From Rebecca billardiae RCC1528 (Eukaryota; Protista; Haptophyta), in the NCBI GenBank assembly GCA_965240325.2, contig OZ251244.1:186001-250000 (forward strand): DNA of 64,000 nt, given 5' to 3'. The notes under the pieces were generated by a model, which worked only from the letters and a program-made list of their open reading frames with translations, was not told the DNA's origin and did no database searches. Shown one piece after another: positions 13,093 through 23,769 of the stretch. A program made the position numbers and the translations under genes. The first letter of the stretch is position 1; the number at the start of each line of letters is the position of its first letter.

Positions 13093-14953
13093 CGACTCGG
13101 GCGGCGCCGGCGGAGGCGCCGCCGCCGCCTCGAGCGGCGGCCGCGCCGGCTCCAGCGCCACGCGCAGCGCTGGGCGCACCGCCGGCGCGAGGGGCCGCCC
13201 CGGCGGCGGCTGCTGCGGCTGCGGCCTCGGCCGCGGCGCCGCGCGCGCGGGCTCGCGCGCGCCCGCGCCGTGCGCGGCCGCGGCAACCGCGCTGGGCGCG
13301 GCGGCGGGCGGCGGCGAGCGCACGCTGGCGAGCTGGGCGCGCAGCGCGGCGATCGACGACGGCGGCGCGGGCGTGGCGGCGCGCGCGGGCGGCGCGGCGC
13401 GCGCGGGCGGCGACGCCGGCGGCGGCTTGTGCGCGCGCGGCGCGGCCGCGGCGGCGGCGGCGGCGGCGGCGGCGCCGCCCCCGCCGCCCGCGGCCGCGGC
13501 GTGCGTCGACGGCGTCGCGCGGACGGCACCGCCCGGCGGCGGCGCGCGCGGCGGCGAGGGCGGCGAGGGCACGCGCAGCGCGGCCGCCGCGGCGCCGAGC
13601 GCCGACGGCGGCCGCTGCGCCTCCGCCGCCGCTCGCTCGGCGCCCAGCTGCGCCGCGGCCGCGGCCGGCGCCGCCGGCGCGCGCTCGGGCGGCGACGCGG
13701 CCGCGCGGCGCGCGGCGGCGCGCGCCGCCGCCGCCGCCGCGCGCGCCGCCGCCGCCGGCGGCGCCGCCGCCATGCCGGTGCCGCGCGCGCCGGCGAGCAG
13801 TGGCGCCGGCTCCTGTACCGCGCTCGGCTCGGGCGGCGCGCCGCGCCACACGCCGCGCCGCAGCAGCACGGCGCTCAGGCCGGCAGCCTGCGCGGCCGAG
13901 GCGGCGTCGGCGAGCGCGCGCGCGCGCACCTCGGCGCCGGTGCCGCGCGGCGCGGCGCGCAGCGCGTCGTGCGCGGCGCACGCGAGCGCGCCGTGCGGCC
14001 GCAGCGCGGCGCACGCGTGCGCGCAGCCGTCCAGCCCGACCTCCGCCGCGGCGAGCGCCGCGTCCGCGCACTCCGACGGCACGCCCGCCCCGTCAAGCCG
14101 CTCGACTAGGTCGGCGCGCACCGCGGCCACACACGCCGCCTCGGCCGCGCGCGCCTCGCGCGCCGGCGCGCCGACGGCTGAGTCGGCGCCGTGCGCGCGC
14201 GCGGGCGGCGCCGCGGCGTCGGCGGCGAAGTCCGCCAGCGCCGCCGCCACCGCCGCCGCGTGCCCGGCCGGCGCCGCGCGCACGTCGGCGGCCGCGCGCA
14301 GCCGAGCCCACCACCGCTCCTCTGCGACGTCCGCGTCGGCGCCGGCGCGCGCCGCGGCGTCGCGCGCGGCGCGCAGCTCGAGGCGCGCGCGCCGCGCCGC
14401 CGCGCCCCACAGCGCGTCGGACGCCGTGAGCAGCGCGAGCGCGCGCCGCGCGCCGCCGCCGTCCGCGCCGCCCCACGCGTCGAGCCGCGCGCACGCGCCG
14501 CGCTCGCGCCGCGCGCGCTCGGCGGCGGCGCGCGCCCCCTCCGCCGCGCTCGGCGGCGGCGCGCCGCCGCCGCGCTCGGCGCCCGGCGGCTCGGCGCAGA
14601 GGCAGAGTGGGGGGCCGAGCTCCTCGCTCGCCTCGAGCAGCGCGACCGCCGCCGCCGGCGCGCCGCGCCGCCCCAGCGCCGCCCCGTCCAGCAGCGCGCA
14701 GCCCACGCTCAGCGAGCCCCGCTGCAGGGCCAGCGCTTCGAACAGCGCGTCGCGCGCGGCGCCGAGCGCGGCCGCGGCGGCGGTCTCGGCACTGGGCGCG
14801 CGCGGCGCCGCGCGGTTGGGCGGGTCGGGGTGTGCCGCCGAGGCGGGCGCGCAGCCCGGGCGCAGCGCCGCGCGCGCGAGCAGCGCCGCGAGCGCGCGCG
14901 CGCGCATGCAGCCGAGCAGCCGCTGCCGCAGCCCTTCGCGCCGGTCACGCAGC

Positions 14954-14987
<34 letters not shown>

Positions 14988-15471
14988 GCTCGTCGTCGGC
15001 GGGGGCGGCGGCGCCGCGCGGCGGAGGGCGGTGCGGCTGCTCCGCACCGAGCTGCGGCCCCGCCAGCGCCGCGTCCGCGATGCCCGCCTCGAGCAGCAGC
15101 ACCGCCGCCGCCAGCTCGGTCGCACCGCGCAGCTCGCTCAGAGGGAGAAGCGCGCAGAGAGAGCCCCAGCCGGCCGCGCGCCAGCCGGGCGTGAAGGCGT
15201 CGTCGTCGAGCGCGCCGACGAGCTCGGTGAGCGCGAGCGCGATCGCCGACGCCGTGCGCGCGCGTAGCAGCCGCGCCACCAGCGCGCCCTGCGCGCCGGG
15301 CACAGTGAAGCGCGCCTCGCGCAGCGCGCCGCACAGCCGCGCGCTCAGCCGCGCGAGCGTGCGGAGCTCGGCCGCGCCGTGCAGCGTCGCGAGGCGCGAG
15401 AGGCGCACGCTCGCGTGCACGGCGACGAGCGCCGCCCGGCCGCGCCGCGTCGCGCCCTCGCCCGCCGGCAT
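10617..15471 (-). CDS. Large Ala/Pro/Gln-rich protein with C-terminal ankyrin repeats
   Basis: Long exon from ATG 15471 (MPAGEG). Ankyrin repeats GYSALHWAA, then after intron 11110-11258 GATPLHSAAANG..GDTPAALAAKCGH. Intron 10810-10937 precedes the last exon, ending at TAA 10617. Start codon uncertain (in-frame ATG also at 15732). Confidence 0.65.
12073..12220. repeat. 9-bp tandem repeat (GCCCCCGCC)n encoding (AGA)n
   Basis: About 16 perfect units inside the coding exon. Confidence 0.9.
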
Positions 15472-15926
15472 GCTCCTTCCGCGCCCTTCCTTCCTCTCGC
15501 GCTCGGGGCGCCTCCCGTCCACCGCACGTGACGTCCACTGCAGCCCTGCGCTGCGCTGCGCCCCGCAGATGCGCACGCGCGGTGCTCGGAATCTGACGAC
15601 CGAGAGACGAGAGTGCCTGTTCGTCAGCGCGGCAGCGCCCCAGCCAGCAGGACTCTCCGGCGACTCCGGGTGGAAGAGTAGTAGTAGCTGCTGGCCCTGC
15701 CGCTGGGCGCGGATTTCATCCGGCGAGTTCATTTACGTGCCGAGGCGCTCAGCTGTCCATCCGGCCCATCAGCCCGACTGTGAATAACGATTCGCCCTAA
15801 GACGTCCGGCAGCTGGTCAACCGGGCCCGGGCCCGGCCCGCGCTGACGCCAGCCCCGTCCCGGCCGCGCCGCGCCGCCGGCGGCCACGCCGCGGCACCCA
15901 CCGCCGCGCGCGCTTTAATAAAACTC

Positions 15927-17354
15927 TGCCCTGGCGGGCGGGGGGGTCGGCGGGCCGTGCCAGTGCTGTCGCAATGTATCCTCTGAGGGTTCGCGTCTTT
16001 CCACATTCGCTTGTGGCCGTGGGTGACGGACAGTCGAGTGCAAGGACCAGCAACGCGAGGCCGCCCACACCCACGAGGGAATGTCAGCACGCGGGGCGGG
16101 ACGGGTAGCCCGTTGCTCCGCGCGAGCGCGGGTACGCGCTGTATGTGCCGCATGTCGACCGCGATGGCGTAATCGAGCGCCTCGCCGCCGCCGAAGCCGC
16201 CAGAGTAGATCATGTGCATGTCCTCCTGCCGCCAGCCGAGAGCGGTCGTCGCGAGGATGCTTGCCGATGTCCGCTCCAGGCACGATGGGCTCGGCGCAGG
16301 TCGCGTTGACGTCGTGCACGGCCGCCACGCTGAGCACGAGCGCGTTGACGTTCACGCGGTCGTGCGCGCGCGCGCGCGCAGCGACAGCGTGTGCCACTCG
16401 CGATTGAGAGTAGGCAAGCGCTGCTCACGCGGGCACACGAATCGCAGCGCATCAGTCACCGGCGTGACGACTTCCGCCTCGTCCCGCAGCGCCTGCGCCA
16501 TGGACGAGGATGACGCGGCGATGTTGCATGCTCGACGATTCATCTCTCTGCGGATGGCATCACGGGCTTGTCTGTGTCGCGCTGCGGCGAGGGTCGCCAA
16601 CTCGCGAAGAGGCGGTTGCTGCCACGGCGACAGACCCGGGAGGTGCGTCCGCTGCGCGTCGTACGCCGTTAGCGCTGCGCTTCCGTCGCATTGGTCACCG
16701 TCGACGCCATGCGCCATGCAGGCCGGACGTGGGCTCGGCTGAGGGACCGGACCGCGAGCAATGACTGAGTCCGGTGCGCGGATTCCGGCGATCGAGTTCA
16801 GAAGGCCGCGCCAAATCTTGCGTCGCGTGCGATGGCGCTTCCCGCCCGCGAGACGCCTCGTGATGAGGGCCTTTCCGCACCGAGCTCGACGCGCGACGGT
16901 GGATCGCGCGAGGTGGTTGTCGTGCGCAGCGCTTAATACTATGGCTCGTGCGAGCGCTCGACGTGCAAGTCGGGCGAGGACCGCCCCAGGTCGCACGATC
17001 GTGTCGACGCGCCGAGCGTGCCTCCAAACGCGTCGACTTTGGCCCCCGTTCGACCTGCACGCGAGACGACGAGGGCAGCAAACGCGAATCGGGCGAAAAC
17101 ACGTCTCGGGAATCCCCGCGCGATGTCCGCGCCGGCGTTGGATTCGGCGCGCGCGGCCCACGCGCTCCGCGCCATCCAGGACTCTCTTTCGGCCGAGCGT
17201 CCCCAGTGGGAGCTGCGAGGGCGCCCGGTAGTGAGCGAAGCGACCCGGCAGTGAGCGAGGCGATTTTCTTTTCTTTGCGAGGCGATTTTCTTTTTTCCTT
17301 TTCTTTTTCTTATCTTTTTCCCGGGCACTACAAGGGGCGGACCTACGGCCCGCC
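15927..17354 (-). mobile_element. Dispersed ~1.4-kb repeat, copy 1 (putative non-autonomous Helitron2/Helentron-like element)
   Basis: Colinear and highly similar to 55807-57343. 10-bp inverted repeat GGCGGGCCGT (15949-15958) / ACGGCCCGCC (17345-17354), AT-rich flanks, no intact ORF. The repeat itself is certain; the class is tentative. Confidence 0.7.
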
Positions 17355-17370
17355 ATATCTTATTTATTAT

Positions 17371-18804
17371 TTACCGCCGCGGCTTCGCCGGCTGTGTCGG
17401 CCGCGTCGGCCGCGGCTGGCCGGCGGTCGCTTGGCCGCTCGGCGCCAGCCGGCGCCGCGCCGCCGCCGCGCCGGGCTTGCGCGGGTACGGCCCGAGGCCC
17501 GCCCGCCACCTGGCCAGCCCCCAGAAGTTGAAGTTGGTCTCGCGCCACTCCCTCTCCTCGCGCTTGCTCTCGCGCGCGCTCTGTGGCGCGTACGCGCACA
17601 TGCGGCGCATCGGCAGCGCGGCGACGTACGCGCGCGCCAGCGCGGCGCGCGCGTCGAAGCTGACGCGCGGGCGGTGCACCCCGTCCACGCACGCGCGCGC
17701 GACGGCGTGGAGGTCGGGCTGGAGCCACGCGCCGCTCGCGTTGCGCACGAGCTCCAGCAGCGCCGCGTCTTCGCCCAGCGGCAGCGGCCGCGTGCGCTCC
17801 TCCTCCTCCTCGGCGCCGAGCGCGCCTTCCGGCAGAAGGCCGCTCGCATAGTCCCAGTACTTGAAGGCGCTGTCTGGGACGGGGGCGTAGAGCACGGAGG
17901 GCACGCCCAGCGCGTCCGCGAACACGAGGCCGTGCAGCGAGCTCGAGACCACCAGGCCGCACCGCGCGATCGCGCGCGCCACCAGCAGCGGCGACTGCGC
18001 GTGCGATATCGTCTCAAAGCCGAGCGCGCGCGCCGCGGGGCCGAGCGCCGCGTCCGTGCCGTGCGGGAGGGCGCAGACGGCGCCGCCGTCAGCCGCGCGC
18101 ACGCCGAAGAGGTCGGGCACGAGCAGCGGCGCGAACAGCGCCGGGTCGCCCAGCGCCGGCCGCGCGCCCGCCAGCCCGCCCGTGCGGCGCAGCGCATCCA
18201 GCGTGTACCGACCGCGCACCGCAGCGAGCGTCGCGTTGCCGCCGCGCAGCATCTGGCGGTAGCGGGGCAGGAGCTTGGCGCGGCGCTCGCCGATGCCGGC
18301 GACGATGTCGCGCGGCTTGAGGAAGTTGAAGATCGTGCCGATCAGCAGCAGCTTCCCCGCCTCGCGCCCGACGGTCGCGGGCGTCCGCTCGAGCGGCCGT
18401 TTCAGCATGGCCGCCCACAGGTGCACGTTGAGCTCGTCGCCAAAGTTGCGGCCGGACCAGACGCTCTGGCCCGGACCCCAGTGCAGCACGGGCGCGGGCG
18501 ACGCGCACGGCAGCTGCGCGTCCAGCGCCGCGCGCAGCTCGCGCCGCACGCGCGCGAGCGCCTCCGGCGCGCCGCGGTAGTGCAGCGCGTCCGCGGCCGG
18601 CAGCGGCGCGCACCGCAGCGGCGGCGGCGGCGGCGGCCCGGGCTCGGCGGCGGCCTGCGCCCGCACGCCCGGGGTGGGCGGGCGCACGAGTACGAGCAGC
18701 GACGCCAGCGCCGCCGCCGCGCGCCGCCGAGGACCCGCGGCGACGCGCCGCAGCGGCCGTCGCCGCGAGCGATCGCATCGCGGCTTGCCTCCATCGTCCG
18801 CCAT
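17371..18804 (-). CDS. Polysaccharide pyruvyl transferase family protein (single exon, N-terminal membrane anchor)
   Basis: Motifs NFGDELN, LLIGTIF, AVRGRYT, LGDPALFAP, LPH, VVSSSLHGLVFADALGVP and FKYWDY. Hydrophobic ALASLLVLV near the N-terminus. Confidence 0.85.
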   Translation of the reverse strand: MADDGGKPRCDRSRRRPLRRVAAGPRRRAAAALASLLVLVRPPTPGVRAQAAAEPGPPPPPPLRCAPLPAADALHYRGAPEALARVRRELRAALDAQLPCASPAPVLHWGPGQSVWSGRNFGDELNVHLWAAMLKRPLERTPATVGREAGKLLLIGTIFNFLKPRDIVAGIGERRAKLLPRYRQMLRGGNATLAAVRGRYTLDALRRTGGLAGARPALGDPALFAPLLVPDLFGVRAADGGAVCALPHGTDAALGPAARALGFETISHAQSPLLVARAIARCGLVVSSSLHGLVFADALGVPSVLYAPVPDSAFKYWDYASGLLPEGALGAEEEEERTRPLPLGEDAALLELVRNASGAWLQPDLHAVARACVDGVHRPRVSFDARAALARAYVAALPMRRMCAYAPQSARESKREEREWRETNFNFWGLARWRAGLGPYPRKPGAAAARRRLAPSGQATAGQPRPTRPTQPAKPRR

Positions 18805-19732
18805 GTGTCCCTGACAAAACCTTGGCACTCAAGTTGGGGGGATGAGGGTCCGGGAGACCGGGCGACTCCGTCCGCTTGGGCTGATGAGTGATGGCGGCGG
18901 CCGCAGCGCTCGTGTCTTCCTCCCGCGGCACATGGCCGCGCCGCTTCCGCCCGACGCCAGCCGGCGCGTGCGTGGCGTGCGTCATACGCAAGTCTCTCGA
19001 GGCGTACAGCTCGTCGCCGCGTGCTGGGAGCGGCCGGGCTTGAGACGACTGCGGCAGTTGATGCCGACGGCTGTGATGCGCGGCTCCGGGAGTCTCGCGC
19101 GCGTGTACTCATCAACTTACCGCCGGTGTATTCTGTGGCGATGCTACTTTAGCATGCAATACGGTTATGCGCGGCGTGCTGCGCTCGCGGATCAGAATAT
19201 CATACGCGATTACGACCCGGCACAGCGGAGAGTGCTCAGAGCGAAACTCCATCTGGCAGCGATCCGATCACCGTCGGGGCTCTGAGAGTGGCTGACCGTC
19301 TCTGATGCCTGATGGCGCCGTGCGTGCCGTCACGGCCGCGGGCGTGGTGCCGCCGCCTCACGCTGCGCCGCACGTGTATCCAAGTCTGAGCGCAGCAGCC
19401 AGTCGTCAGCCGTCGGCCGCACGGCGTGCTCGGGCGCCGCGTGCCGAGGCCCGGGGCGGCTCGTCGGGACGACCCCGGGTCTCCGCTGGCGGACACTCGT
19501 CCTGCTCTGCGGCTGCCGTCGAGTCGCACGGACGAGCGGCTTCTAGCTAGCAGTAGTATATATATCGTCGTCGCCGCCGCCAGCGGCCGCGCGCGTCACT
19601 CGCGTGCCGGCCGGCGCGCTTTGATGACGCGCTTTCCGGCCTCCCATCATCAGTGCGGTTGGCTGCGCGGCCGTCGGCGTCAGTGTCGTCATGCAGTCAC
19701 GTCAGTCGCGGCCAGTGTCAGATGACTCAGTG

Positions 19733-21789
19733 TCAGCGCTGCTGGTCGGGCAGCTCCTTCTTGAGCCGCTTGAGGATGGCGCCCTCGCTCATCTCCTTCA
19801 CCACCACGCCCTCGGCCATGTCCGCGCGCACCGCGCGCACGCGCGGCACCGGACTGCCCTCCGCGAGCAGCAGCAGCGCGCCGTCCGGCTGGCCGCGCAG
19901 CCGCTCGGCGCGCTCAGCGTCGAGGTCTGCGGCGGGCGCGTCGTCCGCGTCCTCGTCGTCGAAGCCCGGACTGTACTCGTACCCGGACTTGAGGAAGACG
20001 ATCTTCACGCCTGCAGGGGCGCAGCGGCGGCGGCGGCAGCGGCGGCGGCGGCGGCGGCGGCGGTGGGGGCGGTGGCGGTGGCGGTGGCGGGGCCGGCGCG
20101 GGCGGTGGCGCGGGGCGCGCGGGCGCGGCAGCAGCGTGGCCGCGCGCGGCAACGGCACCGGACGCGGCGCCGGGGGGGACGAGGGGGCGGAGGTCGGCGT
20201 CGGCGCGCGGCGGCGCAGCGGCGCGGCGCAGCACACGCCAAGCACGCAGCCCCGCGCGGGCGCCCCCCGACCGAGCGCCCACGCCAGCCACGGGCGCTGC
20301 ACGCGCGGCGCGCGCGCGTGTCGCGCGCGCGCACCGCTGTCGAGTGGCAGCAGCTGAATGGAGGTGGGCAACGCGCCGCCGCCCTTCTTGAAGGAGGCGG
20401 CGAACGTGCGCAGCCACTCCGCCGTGCGCTTCAGGTCCGCCCCCGGGCCGAGCCCGATGCGCGCCACCTCGGGGCCCACGCACCTGCAAGCAGGCGCACA
20501 CAGCGCGCCCGCGCGCGGGCGCGCGGGCGCGGGCGCGGCGCGCGGGCGGGCGGCGGTGACGGCGGCGGCGGCGGCGCGCACACGCGGCGCCGCGCGGCGT
20601 GCGTGCGTGCGTGCGTGCTGGCGTGCGGGCGTGCTGGCGTGCGGGCGCTGGCGATGCGCGTGGTGCGGTGGTGCGCGTGCGCGTGCGCGGGCGATGGCGC
20701 AGGCGGTGGCGCAGGCGGTGGCGCAGGCGCGCGCGCAGGCGCTCTGAGGCGCGGCGACGTGCGGTGCGGCGCGGCGCGCGTGCCGCTGCTGCGCACTTGA
20801 GGAACTGGTCGTCCCAGACCGCGTCTGGGACGCGCGAGCTCTCGCGCCCCAGCCCGGGCCCGCCGCCCTGCGAGACGAGCGAGAACGAGGCGTTGAGCGC
20901 GGCGGGCAGCGCGCCGCGCGCCAGCCTCGCGAGCGCGTCCGCGGCCACGCCCGCGCCCACAGTGCCGCTGAGCTGGTCGCCTGGCTCAACACTGACCGCG
21001 GCGGGCTCGGCGGCGGCGTTGGCGTGGTCGGCGCTGAGCTTGGCCACGTGCGCCACGGCGTAGTCGAAGCCGCGCACCTGCGAGCCGTACGCGGCCGCCT
21101 GCTCCACCTGCGGGCGCGGGCGCGGGGCGCGGGGCGGGGCGGCGGAGGGCGCCGGGGGGGTGTGGCGCGGCGCGGCGGCGGCGGCGCAGCCGCGGCGGCG
21201 GGCGCGCGGCGGTGCGCTTGCGGCGGGGGGTGCGCTCGGCGGCGGCGTGCGTGGCGCGCACCTTGCGCCACGAGTCGAGCTGCCCCCACACGTTCTGCAG
21301 CGCGTACGGCATGCTGTCCGCCCTGCACGTCCCCAGCGCCGACACCACCGCCACCAAACGCCCCGCCGCCTCCACCGCCGCCGGCGGGAAGGGCAGCGCC
21401 GGCGTCGACGGCGACGGCGGCGCGGCCGCGCCGCCGCCCGCGCCCTCCACCCAGCGGAGGGCGGCTGCGCGCGGGGGGAAGGAAGCCAGGGGCGAGGCGC
21501 GCGCGGGAAGGGGCGCGGCTCAGGCCACCGCTCCCCCGCGCCCGGGCGCGTCCGGCCTCGCCCCGATCGCCCGCGGCGCGCGCGCACGGCGCGCGCGGCG
21601 CGGCGCGCAGGCAGCTGCGGCGTGCGGTGCGCGCGCGCACTCGCTTCGTCGAGGCAGTGCTCCTGCTTGTAGCCGTCGACGAGGCAGACGAGCACGCACG
21701 TCGCGTCCGCCGTCGCGCGCTGCACCGCGAAGCGCTGCGGCTGCTCGACCGTCGCCAGCTCGAAAGCCGCCGCCGCCCCTTCTGCCCCG

Positions 21790-21870
<81 letters not shown>

Positions 21871-22825
21871 GTCGGCCAATCAGGCGCGCCGGCGCCGCTG
21901 CCGCCGGGCTTGTCCGTGGTGAGCACGGCGCGCACGCGCACGCCCGACGCGCCCGCGAGCTCCGAGACCACCAGGCGCATCAGCGGGCCGCCGGCGCCGA
22001 CGACGACGGCCGTGCTCGTACCCACCGCGCCGCCGCCGCCGCCGCCGCCCGCGCTCGCGGCGGCGGCCGCCGCGCCGCCCGCGCCGCCCGCGGCGGTGCC
22101 CGGCGCGCCGCCCGCGCTGTTGGCGCCCCGCACGCGCTCCTCCACCTCGCGGCGCATCTTCGCCTCCGTCTCGTCCAGCTTCGCCTTCATCGCCGCTGCG
22201 GGGTGGACGGACGCGGGGGGCGCGCGCGCGCCGGGACGCGCGCGCGGCGCGCGCGGCGGCAGAGGCGGCGGCGGGCTCCGTCGGTTGGCGCGGCGGTGCA
22301 GCTCACGCGCGGCGCGCTCCGCCAGGCACGCACGCGCGTGTGGCCGCGTGCACACGCCCTCCCCCGGCCCCACCACCCCCGCCGGCCCTCGCGGCGCGCG
22401 CGCGCACCCGCGGCCGCGTCAGCCTTGGCGCGGATAGCGTCCGCCTGCTGCTGCCGCATCGCGTCGAACTCTGCGTCCATCTCGGCCTGGAGCTTGTCGA
22501 GCTGCTGCCGCCCGCCCTGCACGACGTTGTCGAGGGTCTGCTGCTCGCGCTCCTTGATCTCCTCGTCGCCCACCTTCAGCCGCAGCGCGCGCTCAAAGTC
22601 CTTGAGCAGCTCGCCGTCCTCGGGCGAAATCGGGCCGGGGCCGCCGTCCGAATCGGAGGGCGGCGGGCGGGAGGAGAGGGCGATGGCGGCGGGACGGGCG
22701 GGGCGGGCGCGCAGTGGGGCGGCGCGCGAGCGCAGCAGCGCCGACGACGCCGGGCGCGCGAGCGCCGCGCCGTGCGCGAGGCACAGCGCGCCGAGCGCGC
22801 CGAGCAGCGCGCCGAGAGCGCGCAT
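19733..22825 (-). CDS. Putative plastid-targeted protein (bipartite leader, coiled coil, degenerate Rossmann-like middle, globular C-terminal domain)
   Basis: MRALGALLGALGALCLAHG signal peptide followed by an R/S/A/P-rich transit-like segment. Five GT-AG introns (first 22196-22407) join into a continuous frame ending PRVRAVRADMAEGVVVKEMSEGAILKRLKKELPDQQR*. Confidence 0.65.
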
Positions 22826-23149
22826 CGCGAGGGCGGAAGGCGGCCGTCGGCGCCCGCGCGCCTTTTCCGGTTTGGCGGATGACGCCATCCGCCGGACCAC
22901 GCTGTGGACGAATCCCGCCGAGCATGATCTCAGAAGCATCCGTCGTCTGGCCTGGGCCGTCTTCATTGCTCAGCGTGCAGGCGGCGCCGGCGCGGTTGTG
23001 CAGCCGCTGCCCGGCGCGTGGCCTGGCAGTGGGCGGCAACGCGCGACAGTCTGCCGGCGGCCAATCAGCCAGTGACGTGCCGCCCCCAACGCTAGCTTAC
23101 TGACCGCTGGCGCCTCGCCTCCTCTGCCCACGTGCGTGACGATCGGCCG

Positions 23150-23520
23150 CTGGAGCAGCATTCATCAGAGCCGCCCCGTTGCAAGTTGCAACCCGTCAGC
23201 GCGTGCGCTGGAATCGGCAGGTTGAGCTCAGCGCCCGCCAATACGTCCTGCAGCGCGCGCAGCACCAGGACCAACGCCTCCTGTGACGCGGCCGGACTGG
23301 CGGCGGCCTGGGCGGCAGCGCGGCACGGCGGCGGCGGGCGGGCACCGGCGGGCGGGCGCGGGCACCGGGCCGCGGCGGCTCGGTCTCGCGCCCGTCGAGC
23401 AGCGCCAGCAGCTTGTACGCCGCGCTCAGCGGCTCGTCGTGGAACTGCAGCACGTCCCGCGAGCCCCGCTTGGAGTGGCGCGGACCACCCTTGTCCTTGA
23501 GGAGATCATCTCTAGCGCAG
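23150..23520 (-). pseudogene. Possible degraded gene fragment
   Basis: Protein-like pieces in two frames (DVLQFHDEPLSAAYKLLALLDG and EALVLVLRALQDVLAGAELNL), with no start or splice context. Confidence 0.25.
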
Positions 23521-23573
23521 GAGCGCTGGTCAGGACTCAGGAGGGTGGCCGCACAGCCTTGAACTTGGATACT

Positions 23574-23641
23574 GTGTGCGTCTCTTATTCTTAGTAAACT
23601 GTACAATACAGTTTGCAGTACTAAGAATAAGAGACGCACAC
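23574..23641. repeat. Perfect 23-bp inverted repeat (long hairpin)
   Basis: GTGTGCGTCTCTTATTCTTAGTA (23574-23596) is the exact reverse complement of 23619-23641. An inner 7-bp stem AACTGTA/TACAGTT is also present. Confidence 0.95.
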
Positions 23642-23769
23642 TGCTCAGGCAGGCGAGATTGACGCCAGTACTGCAGTACCGTGACGGTATGTTTTCATAC
23701 AGTATCGAGACTGTGTAAGTACCGAAGATACTGGACAGCATCACTGTACACGTACCGTCCAAGTACCGC

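Noticed and set aside
17326-17334. CACTACAAG resembling a CACTA transposon terminus
   Set aside because: It points outward near the element end and has no matching inverted partner or 3-bp TSD.
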